Position numbers and translations under genes: made by a program | Part shown: piece after piece, positions 24,027 to 32,000 of the stretch | How positions within the stretch are numbered: the stretch's first letter is position 1 | Layout: the number at the start of each line of letters is the position of its first letter | Source of the DNA: Xanthomonas campestris pv. campestris str. ATCC 33913 | GTDB taxonomy: Bacteria > Pseudomonadota > Gammaproteobacteria > Xanthomonadales > Xanthomonadaceae | Assembly: GCF_000007145.1 (NCBI RefSeq) | Contig: NC_003902.1 | Span: 90,001-122,000 of the forward strand | DNA length: 32,000 nt | Reading direction: 5' to 3' | The notes under the pieces: model-generated | Databases searched by the model: none | Told to the model about the DNA's origin: nothing | The model's input: only the letters and a program-made list of their open reading frames with translations

Positions 24027-25655
24027 TCAGCCCAACGAACGCGCGGTATTGATTACGTTGATGCCATCGAAGCGCGCGGTGGATGACCCATGCGACACCG
24101 CCGAGACCTGGCTGGGTTGGCCCTTGCCATCGAAGAACGAGCCGCCCAAACGGAAGTCGCGTTGATCGCAGACTGCGCTGCAGGCGTTCCAGAACTCCGG
24201 CGTGCGGATCTGATACGCGCCGTCTTCCACCAGCCGCGTGACCTGGCCGTTCTCGATCTCGTAGAACAGCTGACCGCCGAACTGCGCATTGTAGCGCTGC
24301 TGATCGATCGAGTACGAACCGCGCCCGTGTATGTACAACCCACGCTCGACGTTCTTGATCATGTCCGCCACCGCCAGTGGCGTCCTGCCCGGGGCCAGCG
24401 ACACATTGGGCATGCGCTGGAACTGCACGTTCGACCACGAATCGGCGTAACTGCAGCCGTCGGAGGCGGTCTTGCCGAGCAGATGCGCCTGGTCGCGCGT
24501 GCATTGGTAGTCGACCAGGATGCCATCCTTCACCAGGTCCCACTGTTTGGTCTTGACGCCCTCATCGTCGTAGCCCACCGCGCCCAGGCTGCCCGGCTGG
24601 GTCTTGTCGGCGACGAAGGTCACCGCATCGCTGCCCCAGCGGTAACCGGCATCGCGCTTGTCCAGCGTGGCGAAGCTGGTGCCCGCGTAATTGGCCTCGT
24701 AGCCCAGCACGCGATCGAGCTCGAGCGGGTGGCCCACCGATTCGTGGATGGTGAGGAACAAATTGCTCGGGTCGATCACCAGATCGTACTTGCCGGCCTT
24801 CACCGACGGCGCGGTGAGCTTTTCGCGCGCCTGCTTGGCCGCAGCGATCGCATCTTCGCGCGCATCGTAGCTGCGCCCGTAGCCGATGAGCCCGCCAGGC
24901 AGGCGATGCTTCTCGCCTGCAGCGCCATCCAGGTATTCGTAGCCCATGCCCATCGGCGAGGACAATCCATCGCGGGTGCGGAACTTGCCGCTGGCCTTGT
25001 CCACCGCGGTCACCGTGAACGGCAACCACAGTCGGTGCACGTCCTGGTCGATATAGGAGCCATCGCTGCTGGCGAAGTACTTCTGCTCGTTGATCGCAAA
25101 CATGCGTGAAGCCACGAACGTGGCGCCGGCATTCAACGCAGCGGCGTTGACGTCCATCAACAGCGCCACCTTGTCTTGCAGCGGCACTTCCATTGCGTTC
25201 TTTTTGATCGGTGTCTTCCAGCTGACCTGCCCGGCCGGTGTCACCGGCGCCAGCTGCACCGGCGTACCGCCCAGCCGCGCATTCGCCTTGGCGATCGCCA
25301 CTGCCTGCCGCGTGGCGGTGGCCACGCCATCGCTGGTGAGCGTATTGGTCGCTGCAAAACCCCACGCACCATCGGCCAGCACGCGCACACCCACACCGCT
25401 GGATTCGGCGTTGACCACGTTCTCCACCTGCGCTTCGCGGGTGATCACGAACTGGCGCAGATACCGGCCCACGCGCACATCGCAATAGCTGGCGCCCGCG
25501 CTCTTGGCGGTGGTGAGCGCGGTGTCGGCCAGGCGCCGATTGCGCGCTGCATCCACCGGGCTGAGCAACTGCTCGGCCGCGATCAGGCGCGTGTTCGGCA
25601 GCAGCAACCCGGCAGCACCGATACCGGACAAGGTGAGGAAGGTACGACGGTCCAC
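24027..25655 (-). CDS. TldD-like metallopeptidase with twin-arginine signal (paralog 2)
   Basis: Collinear with paralog 1 (HESVGHPLE, identical C-terminus ...FDGINVINTARSLG). GTG 25655 gives VDRRTFLTLSGIGAAG and is preceded by GGAGAA. The track ORF extends to 25994 with no support. Confidence 0.9.
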   Translation of the reverse strand: MDRRTFLTLSGIGAAGLLLPNTRLIAAEQLLSPVDAARNRRLADTALTTAKSAGASYCDVRVGRYLRQFVITREAQVENVVNAESSGVGVRVLADGAWGFAATNTLTSDGVATATRQAVAIAKANARLGGTPVQLAPVTPAGQVSWKTPIKKNAMEVPLQDKVALLMDVNAAALNAGATFVASRMFAINEQKYFASSDGSYIDQDVHRLWLPFTVTAVDKASGKFRTRDGLSSPMGMGYEYLDGAAGEKHRLPGGLIGYGRSYDAREDAIAAAKQAREKLTAPSVKAGKYDLVIDPSNLFLTIHESVGHPLELDRVLGYEANYAGTSFATLDKRDAGYRWGSDAVTFVADKTQPGSLGAVGYDDEGVKTKQWDLVKDGILVDYQCTRDQAHLLGKTASDGCSYADSWSNVQFQRMPNVSLAPGRTPLAVADMIKNVERGLYIHGRGSYSIDQQRYNAQFGGQLFYEIENGQVTRLVEDGAYQIRTPEFWNACSAVCDQRDFRLGGSFFDGKGQPSQVSAVSHGSSTARFDGINVINTARSLG

Positions 25656-25815
25656 GTGGCGTTCTCCACTGAAGCGCACGCTGCGCACGTGCAAACCCCG
25701 AGGGTGGCGTAGAGGCGTGAAAATGGTCAAGTGATATGCACGGTGATCCGGCGAGCGCGAGCGGTATGGGTAGTACTGCGCTGTTCGACGGGGCTCGCAG
25801 TCCGCCTGCTGCCGG

Positions 25816-26376
25816 TCAGGCGTTATCAGGGCTGTCCAGCATGAATAAATGATTGAACTGCGTTGCCGTTTTGTAGAGGTGCCCGGCCTTGCGCAAGCGC
25901 GTGTAGTCGGCGTTGAATGTATCCTGATAACTACGCCCGATGAGAATTGGGGTGAGCAGAAGCCCGTCGCAAACCACCATGCCTTCGTATGCAAACACGC
26001 CAGTTTCTACAAACATTGGCGGATCGTGGGCCAACACATTCAGTGGGTCGGTTAACGCTCGAACCTCAAATGCACTTTCAGTTTCGGTGTCGAGGAAGAC
26101 CGCATGGCGCTTGGTCTGTCGAAGGTAAATCCATCGCCTTATCTGAATGTTTCGCACGGCGCCGGCCACTGAAGATGCAAGTGGCTCGTCTAGCGTCCGC
26201 AGCGCATCTATAGTCTTGCCGATCAATCCTGGATTCTGCGATGCATAAGTCCTGGCAGTGACTAGGTCGCGTTGAGTGGACTTGGTTTTCAGCAGCCCGG
26301 CATCAGCCAGGATGCGAAACAAGACCTTCTTGTAGCCTTCGATGAAGAGCATTGCTGATTCATGTGGGATAAGCAT
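25816..26376 (-). CDS. Hypothetical protein, orphan ORF in a low-GC island
   Basis: 186-aa ORF with normal (not Arg/Ala-biased) amino-acid composition in a segment of roughly 50% GC. No recognisable motif, TM helix or signal peptide. Confidence 0.6.
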   Translation of the reverse strand: MLIPHESAMLFIEGYKKVLFRILADAGLLKTKSTQRDLVTARTYASQNPGLIGKTIDALRTLDEPLASSVAGAVRNIQIRRWIYLRQTKRHAVFLDTETESAFEVRALTDPLNVLAHDPPMFVETGVFAYEGMVVCDGLLLTPILIGRSYQDTFNADYTRLRKAGHLYKTATQFNHLFMLDSPDNA

Positions 26377-26377
26377 G

Positions 26378-26426
26378 ACCTATTACCTAAGACCTAAGAA
26401 CTAAGACCTAAGACCTAAGACCTGAG
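26378..26426. repeat. Heptamer tandem repeat, 7 units of ACCTAAG (minus strand CTTAGGT), 4 perfect and 3 variant
   Basis: Units at 26378, 26385, 26392, 26399, 26406, 26413 and 26420. The array abuts the ATG (26376) of the orphan ORF. Confidence 0.9.
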
Positions 26427-26644
26427 ATTGATCGTATCAACTGGCGTCATGAATAACTTCCGAAGTCAGCCTGTGGCCGGCTAACGCTCGCGGTAGCCGC
26501 GGCCGCACGCCCCCGCACTCACAAGGAGTCAATCTGCCAACCGTCAGTGACTAGCCGGAACGATGTCTGCTTGTGCAGCCATGACACCCATGGGCGTAGG
26601 TGTCATCGGGCCGTCTAATTTATGGGCAACCCAGCGGCCAAATC

Positions 26645-27661
26645 TCAACCCTGCGCCTTGTCGAACTCCACGTGATACCGCGTCGCCTCGGCCACCTCAT
26701 TCTTCGAGCCCAAAAACACCGGCACGCGCTGATGCAGTTGCGTCGGTTGAATATCCAGGATGCGCTCGCGCCCCGTGGTCGCGGCGCCGCCAGCCTGTTC
26801 CACCAGCATGCCCATCGGGTTGGCTTCGTACATCAGGCGCAGCTTGCCGGGCTTGGCCGCGTCCTTCTTGTCCCAGGGGTAGATGAAGATGCCGCCGCGG
26901 GTCAGGATGCGGTGCACGTCGGCCACCATGCTGGCGATCCAGCGCATGTTGAAATCCTTGCCGCGCGCGCCGTCCTTGCCGGCCAGCAGGTCGCCCACAT
27001 AGGCCTGCATGGCCGGTTCCCAGTGGCGCTGGTTGGACATGTTGATGGCGAATTCGGCAGTGTCTTCGGGCACGCGCATGTCGGCCTGGGTCAGCAGGAA
27101 GCTGCCTTCCTCACGCTCCAGGGTGAACGCGTGGGTGCCGTGGCCCAGCGTGAGTACCAGCATGGTGCTGGGGCCGTAGATGCAATAGCCGGCGGCCACC
27201 TGTTGCGTGCCCGGCTGCAGGAAGTGTTCGTCGCCGGGCTTTTCGGTGCCCTTGGGCGCGCGCAGCACCGAGAAGATGGTGCCGACCGAGACGTTGACGT
27301 CGATGTTGGAACTGCCGTCCAGCGGGTCGAACAGCAGCAGGAAATCGCCGCTGGGGTATTGGTCGGGCACTGGCTGGCTGTGGTCCATCTCTTCCGATGC
27401 GCACGCGGCGAGGTGGCCGCCCCAGGCATTGGCTTCGAGCAGGATGTCGTTGCTCAGCACGTCGAGCTTCTTCTGCGCCTCGCCCTGCACGTTGCCGGTG
27501 CCGGCATCGCCCAGCACACCGCCCAGGGCGCCCTTGCTGACGGCGATGGAGATGCGCTTGCAGGCGCGCGAGACGATGGTGATCAGCTGGCGCAATTCCG
27601 GGTCGATACGGCCGGCGTGTTGCTCTTCGATCAGGAAGCGGGTCAGCGAGGGACGCGACAT
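26645..27661 (-). CDS. fbp: Class 1 fructose-1,6-bisphosphatase
   Basis: [14 protein letters not shown]..., [11 protein letters not shown] metal-binding motif, and length and overall pattern of Fbp. Confidence 0.95.
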   Translation of the reverse strand: MSRPSLTRFLIEEQHAGRIDPELRQLITIVSRACKRISIAVSKGALGGVLGDAGTGNVQGEAQKKLDVLSNDILLEANAWGGHLAACASEEMDHSQPVPDQYPSGDFLLLFDPLDGSSNIDVNVSVGTIFSVLRAPKGTEKPGDEHFLQPGTQQVAAGYCIYGPSTMLVLTLGHGTHAFTLEREEGSFLLTQADMRVPEDTAEFAINMSNQRHWEPAMQAYVGDLLAGKDGARGKDFNMRWIASMVADVHRILTRGGIFIYPWDKKDAAKPGKLRLMYEANPMGMLVEQAGGAATTGRERILDIQPTQLHQRVPVFLGSKNEVAEATRYHVEFDKAQG

Positions 27662-27837
27662 GGAGCGGGCAGCCTGTGCAGGAAGTGGGCCGCCATTGTC
27701 GCCATTGCGCCGTTAGATTTCGATCACCGGCTGCGCGCTTTGCATCTTTGCGCGCCTATCGCAGCGCGCGTCGCCCACAAAAAAGCCGGGAGGCGTCAGC
27801 GCTCCCGGCTCTTCATCGCGCAAGCTGCGGCGCAGGA

Positions 27838-29040
27838 TCAGCCGCGGCTGACCGTGGCCACGGCCTGGGCCACGTAGTCCAGATTGCGCTGGCTCAGCGC
27901 GGCCACGCAGATGCGGCCGGTGCCGACCGCATAGATCGCGAACTCGTCACGCAGGCGGTCCACCTGCGACTTGGTCAGGCCCGAGTACGAAAACATGCCG
28001 GCCTGGCGCTGGATGAACTCGAACTCCGGTGCGCCCAGCGCGGCCAGCTTGGCGACCAGGCCGGCACGCAACGCGTGGATGCGCTCGCGCATTTCGGTGA
28101 GTTCCTGCTCCCACACATCGCGCAGCTCCGGGCTGGTCAGCACGCCGGCCACCAGGGCGGCGCCGTGCGTGGACGGGCTGGAGTAGATCGTGCGGATGAT
28201 GCGCTTGACCTGCGACTGCACCGCCTTGGCTTCGGCGGCCGTGGCCGAGACCACCGACAGCGCGCCCACGCGCTCGCCATACAGCGAGAACGACTTGGAG
28301 TACGAGCTCGCCACCACGTAGGTGTCGATGCCTTCGGCCGCCAGCAGGCGCACCGCGTACGCATCGGCCTCGATGCCCTTGTCGAAGCCCTGGTAGGCGA
28401 TGTCCACGAACGGGAACAGGTTGCGTTCTTTCAACAGGCCGGCCAGCTGCTTCCACTGCTCGCGGCTGAGGTCGGCACCGGTGGGGTTGTGGCAGCAGGC
28501 ATGCAGCAGCACCACCGTGCCCGGCTCCAGCTTGGCCAGGTCGGCCAGCATGCCGTCGAAGTTCAGCCCGTGGCTGGCGGCATCGAAATAGGTGTAATCC
28601 ACCACCTCGAAGCCGGCCGCGCCGAACACCGCGCGGTGGTTTTCCCAGCTGGGGTTGCTGATGGCGATGGTGGAGGTGGGCAGCAGCTTCTTGAGCAGGT
28701 CCGCGCCCACGCGCAGCGCACCGCTGCCGCCAACGGTCTGCGAGGTCGCCACGCGGCCGGAGGCCACCAGCGCCGACTCGGCGCCGAACAGCAGCTCCTG
28801 GGTGGCCTTGTCGTAGGCGGCCAGGCCGTCGATGGGCAGGTAGCCGCGCGGTTTGGCATCCAGCGCGAGCTGCTGCTCGATCTTCTGCACGGCACGCAAC
28901 AGCGGGATGCGCCCGTTTTCGTCGTAATAGATGCCAACACCCAGATTGACCTTGTTGGGGCGGCTGTCGGCGTTGTAGGCCTCGGTCAGGCCCAGGATGG
29001 GGTCGCCTGGAACCTGTTCTACATTTGCAAAGAAGGACAC
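27838..29040 (-). CDS. tyrB: Aromatic-amino-acid / aspartate aminotransferase (class I, AspC/TyrB type)
   Basis: N-terminus SFFANVEQVPGDPILGLTEAY, GVGIYYDENG and the SYSKSFSLYGERVG PLP-lysine motif. GTG start at 29040. AspC versus TyrB cannot be separated by eye. Confidence 0.9.
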   Translation of the reverse strand: MSFFANVEQVPGDPILGLTEAYNADSRPNKVNLGVGIYYDENGRIPLLRAVQKIEQQLALDAKPRGYLPIDGLAAYDKATQELLFGAESALVASGRVATSQTVGGSGALRVGADLLKKLLPTSTIAISNPSWENHRAVFGAAGFEVVDYTYFDAASHGLNFDGMLADLAKLEPGTVVLLHACCHNPTGADLSREQWKQLAGLLKERNLFPFVDIAYQGFDKGIEADAYAVRLLAAEGIDTYVVASSYSKSFSLYGERVGALSVVSATAAEAKAVQSQVKRIIRTIYSSPSTHGAALVAGVLTSPELRDVWEQELTEMRERIHALRAGLVAKLAALGAPEFEFIQRQAGMFSYSGLTKSQVDRLRDEFAIYAVGTGRICVAALSQRNLDYVAQAVATVSRG

Positions 29041-29146
29041 GGCATGACTCGCTGGAGGACGGAAGGTGGGGATACTGCCGGGCGTCGGGCCGCGGCACGG
29101 CCAAACCGCCTCATCCTAACAGGGCACGGCGCGGGGTAGCATGCTT

Positions 29147-29162
29147 CGTTCCGTACGAAACG
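29147..29162. promoter_or_regulatory. Near-perfect 16-bp palindrome CGTTCCGTACGAAACG in the divergent tyrB/receptor intergenic region (candidate operator)
   Basis: 14 of 16 positions are self-complementary around a GTAC centre. It lies 36 nt upstream of the receptor ATG. No known consensus was recognised. Confidence 0.3.
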
Positions 29163-29197
29163 ATGCGGCCACAGTACGGATGAGGGACACTAGCGCC

Positions 29198-31324
29198 ATG
29201 CCCAGACTGACCCTGTTGGCCGCCGCGTGCGGCCTGTTCGTAGCGAGCGCGTCGTCGCTCGCCCTGGCCGCCGACGCGGCCCCGCCGATTGCCGCGTTGC
29301 CCGCCGTGCAGGTGGATGCCGCACGCGTGCACGGCGTGGACGACTTCGACCTGCCGGCCTCGTTCACGGTGGTGGTGGCCGACGACGACAACCGCCGCGG
29401 CGCGCAGGTATCCGAACTACTGGACGGCATTCCCGGGCTGGTGGCGCGCGACCGCCAGAACTACGCGCAGGACACCCAGCTGTCGATCCGCGGCTTCGGT
29501 GCGCGCTCCACCTTCGGCGTGCGCGGCGTGCGCCTGCTGGTGGACGGCATCCCGGCCAGCATGCCCGACGGCCAGGGCCAGCTCTCGCACTTCAATGTAC
29601 TGGGCGCGCAGCGGGTGGAAGTGCTGCGCGGGCCGTTCTCGGCGCTGTACGGCAACTCCTCCGGCGGCGTGCTGCAGCTGTGGAGCGCCGACGGCAAGCC
29701 CGGCGACCCATGGCGGCTGCGTGCCACCTACGGCAGCAATGCCACCGTCAATACCGGGGCGCAGTTGCTCGGCCAGCAGGGTGCGGTGCACTACAACCTG
29801 GCCGCGAACCACTTCGAAACCGATGGCTTTCGCGACCACAGCCGCGCCAAGCGTGAGTCGGTCAACGCCAAGCTCGGCTTCGACCTGGCGCCCGGCAGCC
29901 GGCTGGACCTTGTGCTCAACTATCTGGATGCCCCGGACGCGCAGGACCCGTTGGGCCTGACCCGCGCACAGGTTACCGCCGACCCGCGCCAGGCCACCGC
30001 CGTGGCCACGCAGTTCAACACCCGCAAGTCGGTGCGGCAGTCGCAGGCCGGAGCGATTTTCACCCAGCAATTCGATACCCAGACGCTGCGCCTGATGGCC
30101 TACGGCGGCCAGCGCAGCGTGGAGCAGTTCCTGGCGATTCCGGTGGCGGTGCAGCGCAATCCGCTGCACTCGGGCGGGGTGATCGACCTGGACAGCAATT
30201 ACGAAGGCGCCGACGTGCGCTGGGCCTGGCAAGGCCAGGCGCTGGGGCGGCCGCTGCAGCTCACCGTGGGGGCCAACGTCGACCGCCAGCGCCAGCACCG
30301 CACCGGTTACGAAAACTTCGTCGGCACCACGCTCGGGGTGAAGGGCGCGCTGCGCCGCAACCAGCGCGATCAGGTCGAGAACGTGGACCAGTTCGCGCAG
30401 GCCTGGTGGCAGTGGAGCAACCGCTGGTCGGCGCTGCTGGGCGTGCGCCACAGCGCGGTGCGCTTCCGTTCGGACGACAACTACATCGTCGGGCGGAACC
30501 CGGACGACAGCGGCCAGCGCGATTATTCGGCCACCACGCCGGTGGCCGGCATCGTGTTCCGCGCCAGCGACGATCTGCGGGTGTATGCCTCGGTGGGACG
30601 CGGGTTCGAAACGCCCACCTTCAACGAACTGGGCTACCGCAGCGACGGCGGCGCCGGCCTGGCGCTGGACCTGGGCGCGGCGAAAAGCCGCAACGTCGAA
30701 GTGGGCACCAAGTGGCGCTCGCAAAGCGGTGCGGCGCTGGAACTGGCGCTGTTCCGCGCCGACACCGACGACGAACTGGCAGTGGCCAGCAACACCAACG
30801 GCCGCAGCACCTTCCGCAACATCGGCGCCACCCGGCGCCAGGGCGCGGAGCTGAGCTGGCAGCAGCCAATCGGCCAGACCCAGCAGGTGCAACTGGCCTA
30901 CACCTTCGTCGACGCCACCGTGCGCGACGGCTACCTCACCTGCGCCAGTAGCGGCTGCGCCACGCCCACCGCACCGGTGGCCAGCGGCGCGCGGCTGCCA
31001 GGCGTGCCGCGGCAGCAGCTGTTCGCACGCTGGCAATGGCAGCCGTTGCAGTGGCAGTTCGCCGCCGAATCGGTGGTCTCCGATGCCACCGTGGTCAACG
31101 ACCTAGCCACCGAGCGCGCCGCCGGCTACGCGCTGGTGAACCTGGAAGCCTCACGGCGCTGGACCACCGCCCACGGCGCGCTGCGTACCTTCGCCCGCAT
31201 CGACAACGCGCTGGACCGCGCGTATGTAGGCTCGGTGATCGTCAACGACGGCAACGGCCGCTATTACGAACCCGGCCCGGACCGCACTTACACCGTAGGC
31301 CTGCAGTGGGATTTTGGCAGCTGA
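29198..31324 (+). CDS. TonB-dependent outer-membrane receptor
   Basis: Signal peptide MPRLTLLAAACGLFVASASSLALA, plug motifs (QLSIRGFG, VEVLRGPFSALYGNSSGGVLQL), long beta-barrel. GAGGGA SD lies upstream of ATG 29198. Confidence 0.9.
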   Translation: MPRLTLLAAACGLFVASASSLALAADAAPPIAALPAVQVDAARVHGVDDFDLPASFTVVVADDDNRRGAQVSELLDGIPGLVARDRQNYAQDTQLSIRGFGARSTFGVRGVRLLVDGIPASMPDGQGQLSHFNVLGAQRVEVLRGPFSALYGNSSGGVLQLWSADGKPGDPWRLRATYGSNATVNTGAQLLGQQGAVHYNLAANHFETDGFRDHSRAKRESVNAKLGFDLAPGSRLDLVLNYLDAPDAQDPLGLTRAQVTADPRQATAVATQFNTRKSVRQSQAGAIFTQQFDTQTLRLMAYGGQRSVEQFLAIPVAVQRNPLHSGGVIDLDSNYEGADVRWAWQGQALGRPLQLTVGANVDRQRQHRTGYENFVGTTLGVKGALRRNQRDQVENVDQFAQAWWQWSNRWSALLGVRHSAVRFRSDDNYIVGRNPDDSGQRDYSATTPVAGIVFRASDDLRVYASVGRGFETPTFNELGYRSDGGAGLALDLGAAKSRNVEVGTKWRSQSGAALELALFRADTDDELAVASNTNGRSTFRNIGATRRQGAELSWQQPIGQTQQVQLAYTFVDATVRDGYLTCASSGCATPTAPVASGARLPGVPRQQLFARWQWQPLQWQFAAESVVSDATVVNDLATERAAGYALVNLEASRRWTTAHGALRTFARIDNALDRAYVGSVIVNDGNGRYYEPGPDRTYTVGLQWDFGS

Positions 31325-31367
31325 CGGGCGCTCGCCATGAAGCACGCGCCCGACTGCACACTGCCTC

Positions 31368-31432
31368 GTAGGAGCGCGCGCGCGCGCGATGGGGCATTCC
31401 CATGACGCCTGGCCACGCGCGCGCTTCTGCTT
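31368..31432. repeat. Degenerate REP-like element
   Basis: GTAGGAGCGCGCGCGCGCGCGATGGGGC... has a good left arm and a decayed right arm. Confidence 0.5.
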
Positions 31433-31533
31433 CATGTGCTAAATGTCTCAAGTGTGTAGAGCGCCGCCTTAGAGCGTCACCGGGCACTTGATTGGCGCGG
31501 CTTGGCACGCATGCAGATGCACCAGACAACACC

Positions 31534-31556
31534 GCATCGCGCGCAAGCGCGCTCCT
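31534..31556. repeat. Half REP (right arm only)
   Basis: GCATCGCGCGCAAGCGCGCTCCT. Confidence 0.5.
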
Positions 31557-31596
31557 CCCCACTGACTGCTATCGCCTGCATACACGAGAGGCCCGC

Positions 31597-31887
31597 ATGA
31601 TCGTCGTAGACCACGCACCGGCCGACTGGTTTCTGCTGCGTGATGCAGATGATGGGTATTGGCTGGACGTGAACTGCAACATGTCTGCAACGGGCTTCTC
31701 GATCTTGCTGGCGTTGGATGCCGGTGAGCGTGACACCGTAGTAGCGCATGGTCACGCCGCTTGCCTGCAGCTTGCAGCGCAGGTACAGCAGTGCCCGCGG
31801 GATTTTGCCGCGCGTGACATCTCCTCGGTGCATGGCGCGCGCGTGACCGCAGCGGTGCACGCCTGGCGTGCGGCAGGTTCGGCATAG
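31597..31887 (+). CDS. Hypothetical small protein (96 aa)
   Basis: ATG preceded by GAGAGG. Composition is not Arg/Ala-skewed (MIVVDHAPADWFLLRDADDGYWLDVNCNMSATGFSILLAL...). No family was recognised. Confidence 0.5.
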   Translation: MIVVDHAPADWFLLRDADDGYWLDVNCNMSATGFSILLALDAGERDTVVAHGHAACLQLAAQVQQCPRDFAARDISSVHGARVTAAVHAWRAAGSA

Positions 31888-32000
31888 TCACGGCTGTCGG
31901 CAGGCAGGGCGCATGCACTACAGTCCACCGCACGCGTTCCGCGCGCGGCGCGGCAACGCGGTTACCGCGCAACTGTTCGGCGCACAAAACGTGCGTTGCG

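Noticed and set aside
26378-26426. The heptamer array read as a telomere-like repeat, or as an in-frame phase-variable coding repeat.
   Set aside because: The unit CTTAGGT does not match the telomere repeats I recall. The array carries TAG in all three frames, so no upstream start can read through it. It can only act at the promoter, leader or SD level.
31326-31351. Hairpin GGGCGC-N14-GCGCCC after the TonB-dependent receptor as a terminator. Also the ATGACACC-N10-GGTGTCAT stem (26580-26605) downstream of fbp.
   Set aside because: The stems are short, with a large loop in one case, and neither is followed by a U-tract. This is not sufficient for a terminator call.
31888-32000. Possible gene fragments at the window edges (1-138 and 31888-32000).
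   Set aside because: No frame has recognisable protein features within the available sequence.

Overview
High-GC chromosomal segment. It looks Xanthomonas-like, inferred from the GTAGGAGCGCGC...GCGCGCTCCTAC REP family and the gene content; no database search was possible. About 27 credible protein genes, no rRNA, tRNA, CRISPR or transposase. Left part (1-11.6 kb): a protealysin-like M4 protease with a small coupled inhibitor-like gene, an SDR-type oxidoreductase, a NUDIX hydrolase, an AI-2E transporter, a secreted esterase, a host-attachment (eRF1-like) protein, a thioredoxin, ProP, an SRPBCC protein, EcsC and DUF938. Middle (11.7-25.7 kb, all minus strand): a Bat-like envelope cluster (DUF4159, MoxR ATPase, DUF58, BatA-N membrane protein, DUF4175-like His/Asp-rich protein, terminal membrane protein). 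Directly upstream of it lie a Tat-signal TldD / signal-less PmbA pair and a second tandem TldD paralog. Right part: a small low-GC island with an orphan ORF and a heptamer repeat, then fbp, an aromatic aminotransferase, a TonB-dependent receptor and a small hypothetical ORF. The most unusual signal is in the 806-bp spacer between the two TldD paralogs. It holds a large imperfect inverted repeat, and each arm carries a 25-26-codon ORF. The two ORFs differ almost only by silent, 3-periodic substitutions and in-frame indels. Each is followed by a hairpin with compensatory base-pair changes. Many long ORFs in the six-frame track are antisense shadow ORFs or REP translations and are not called.
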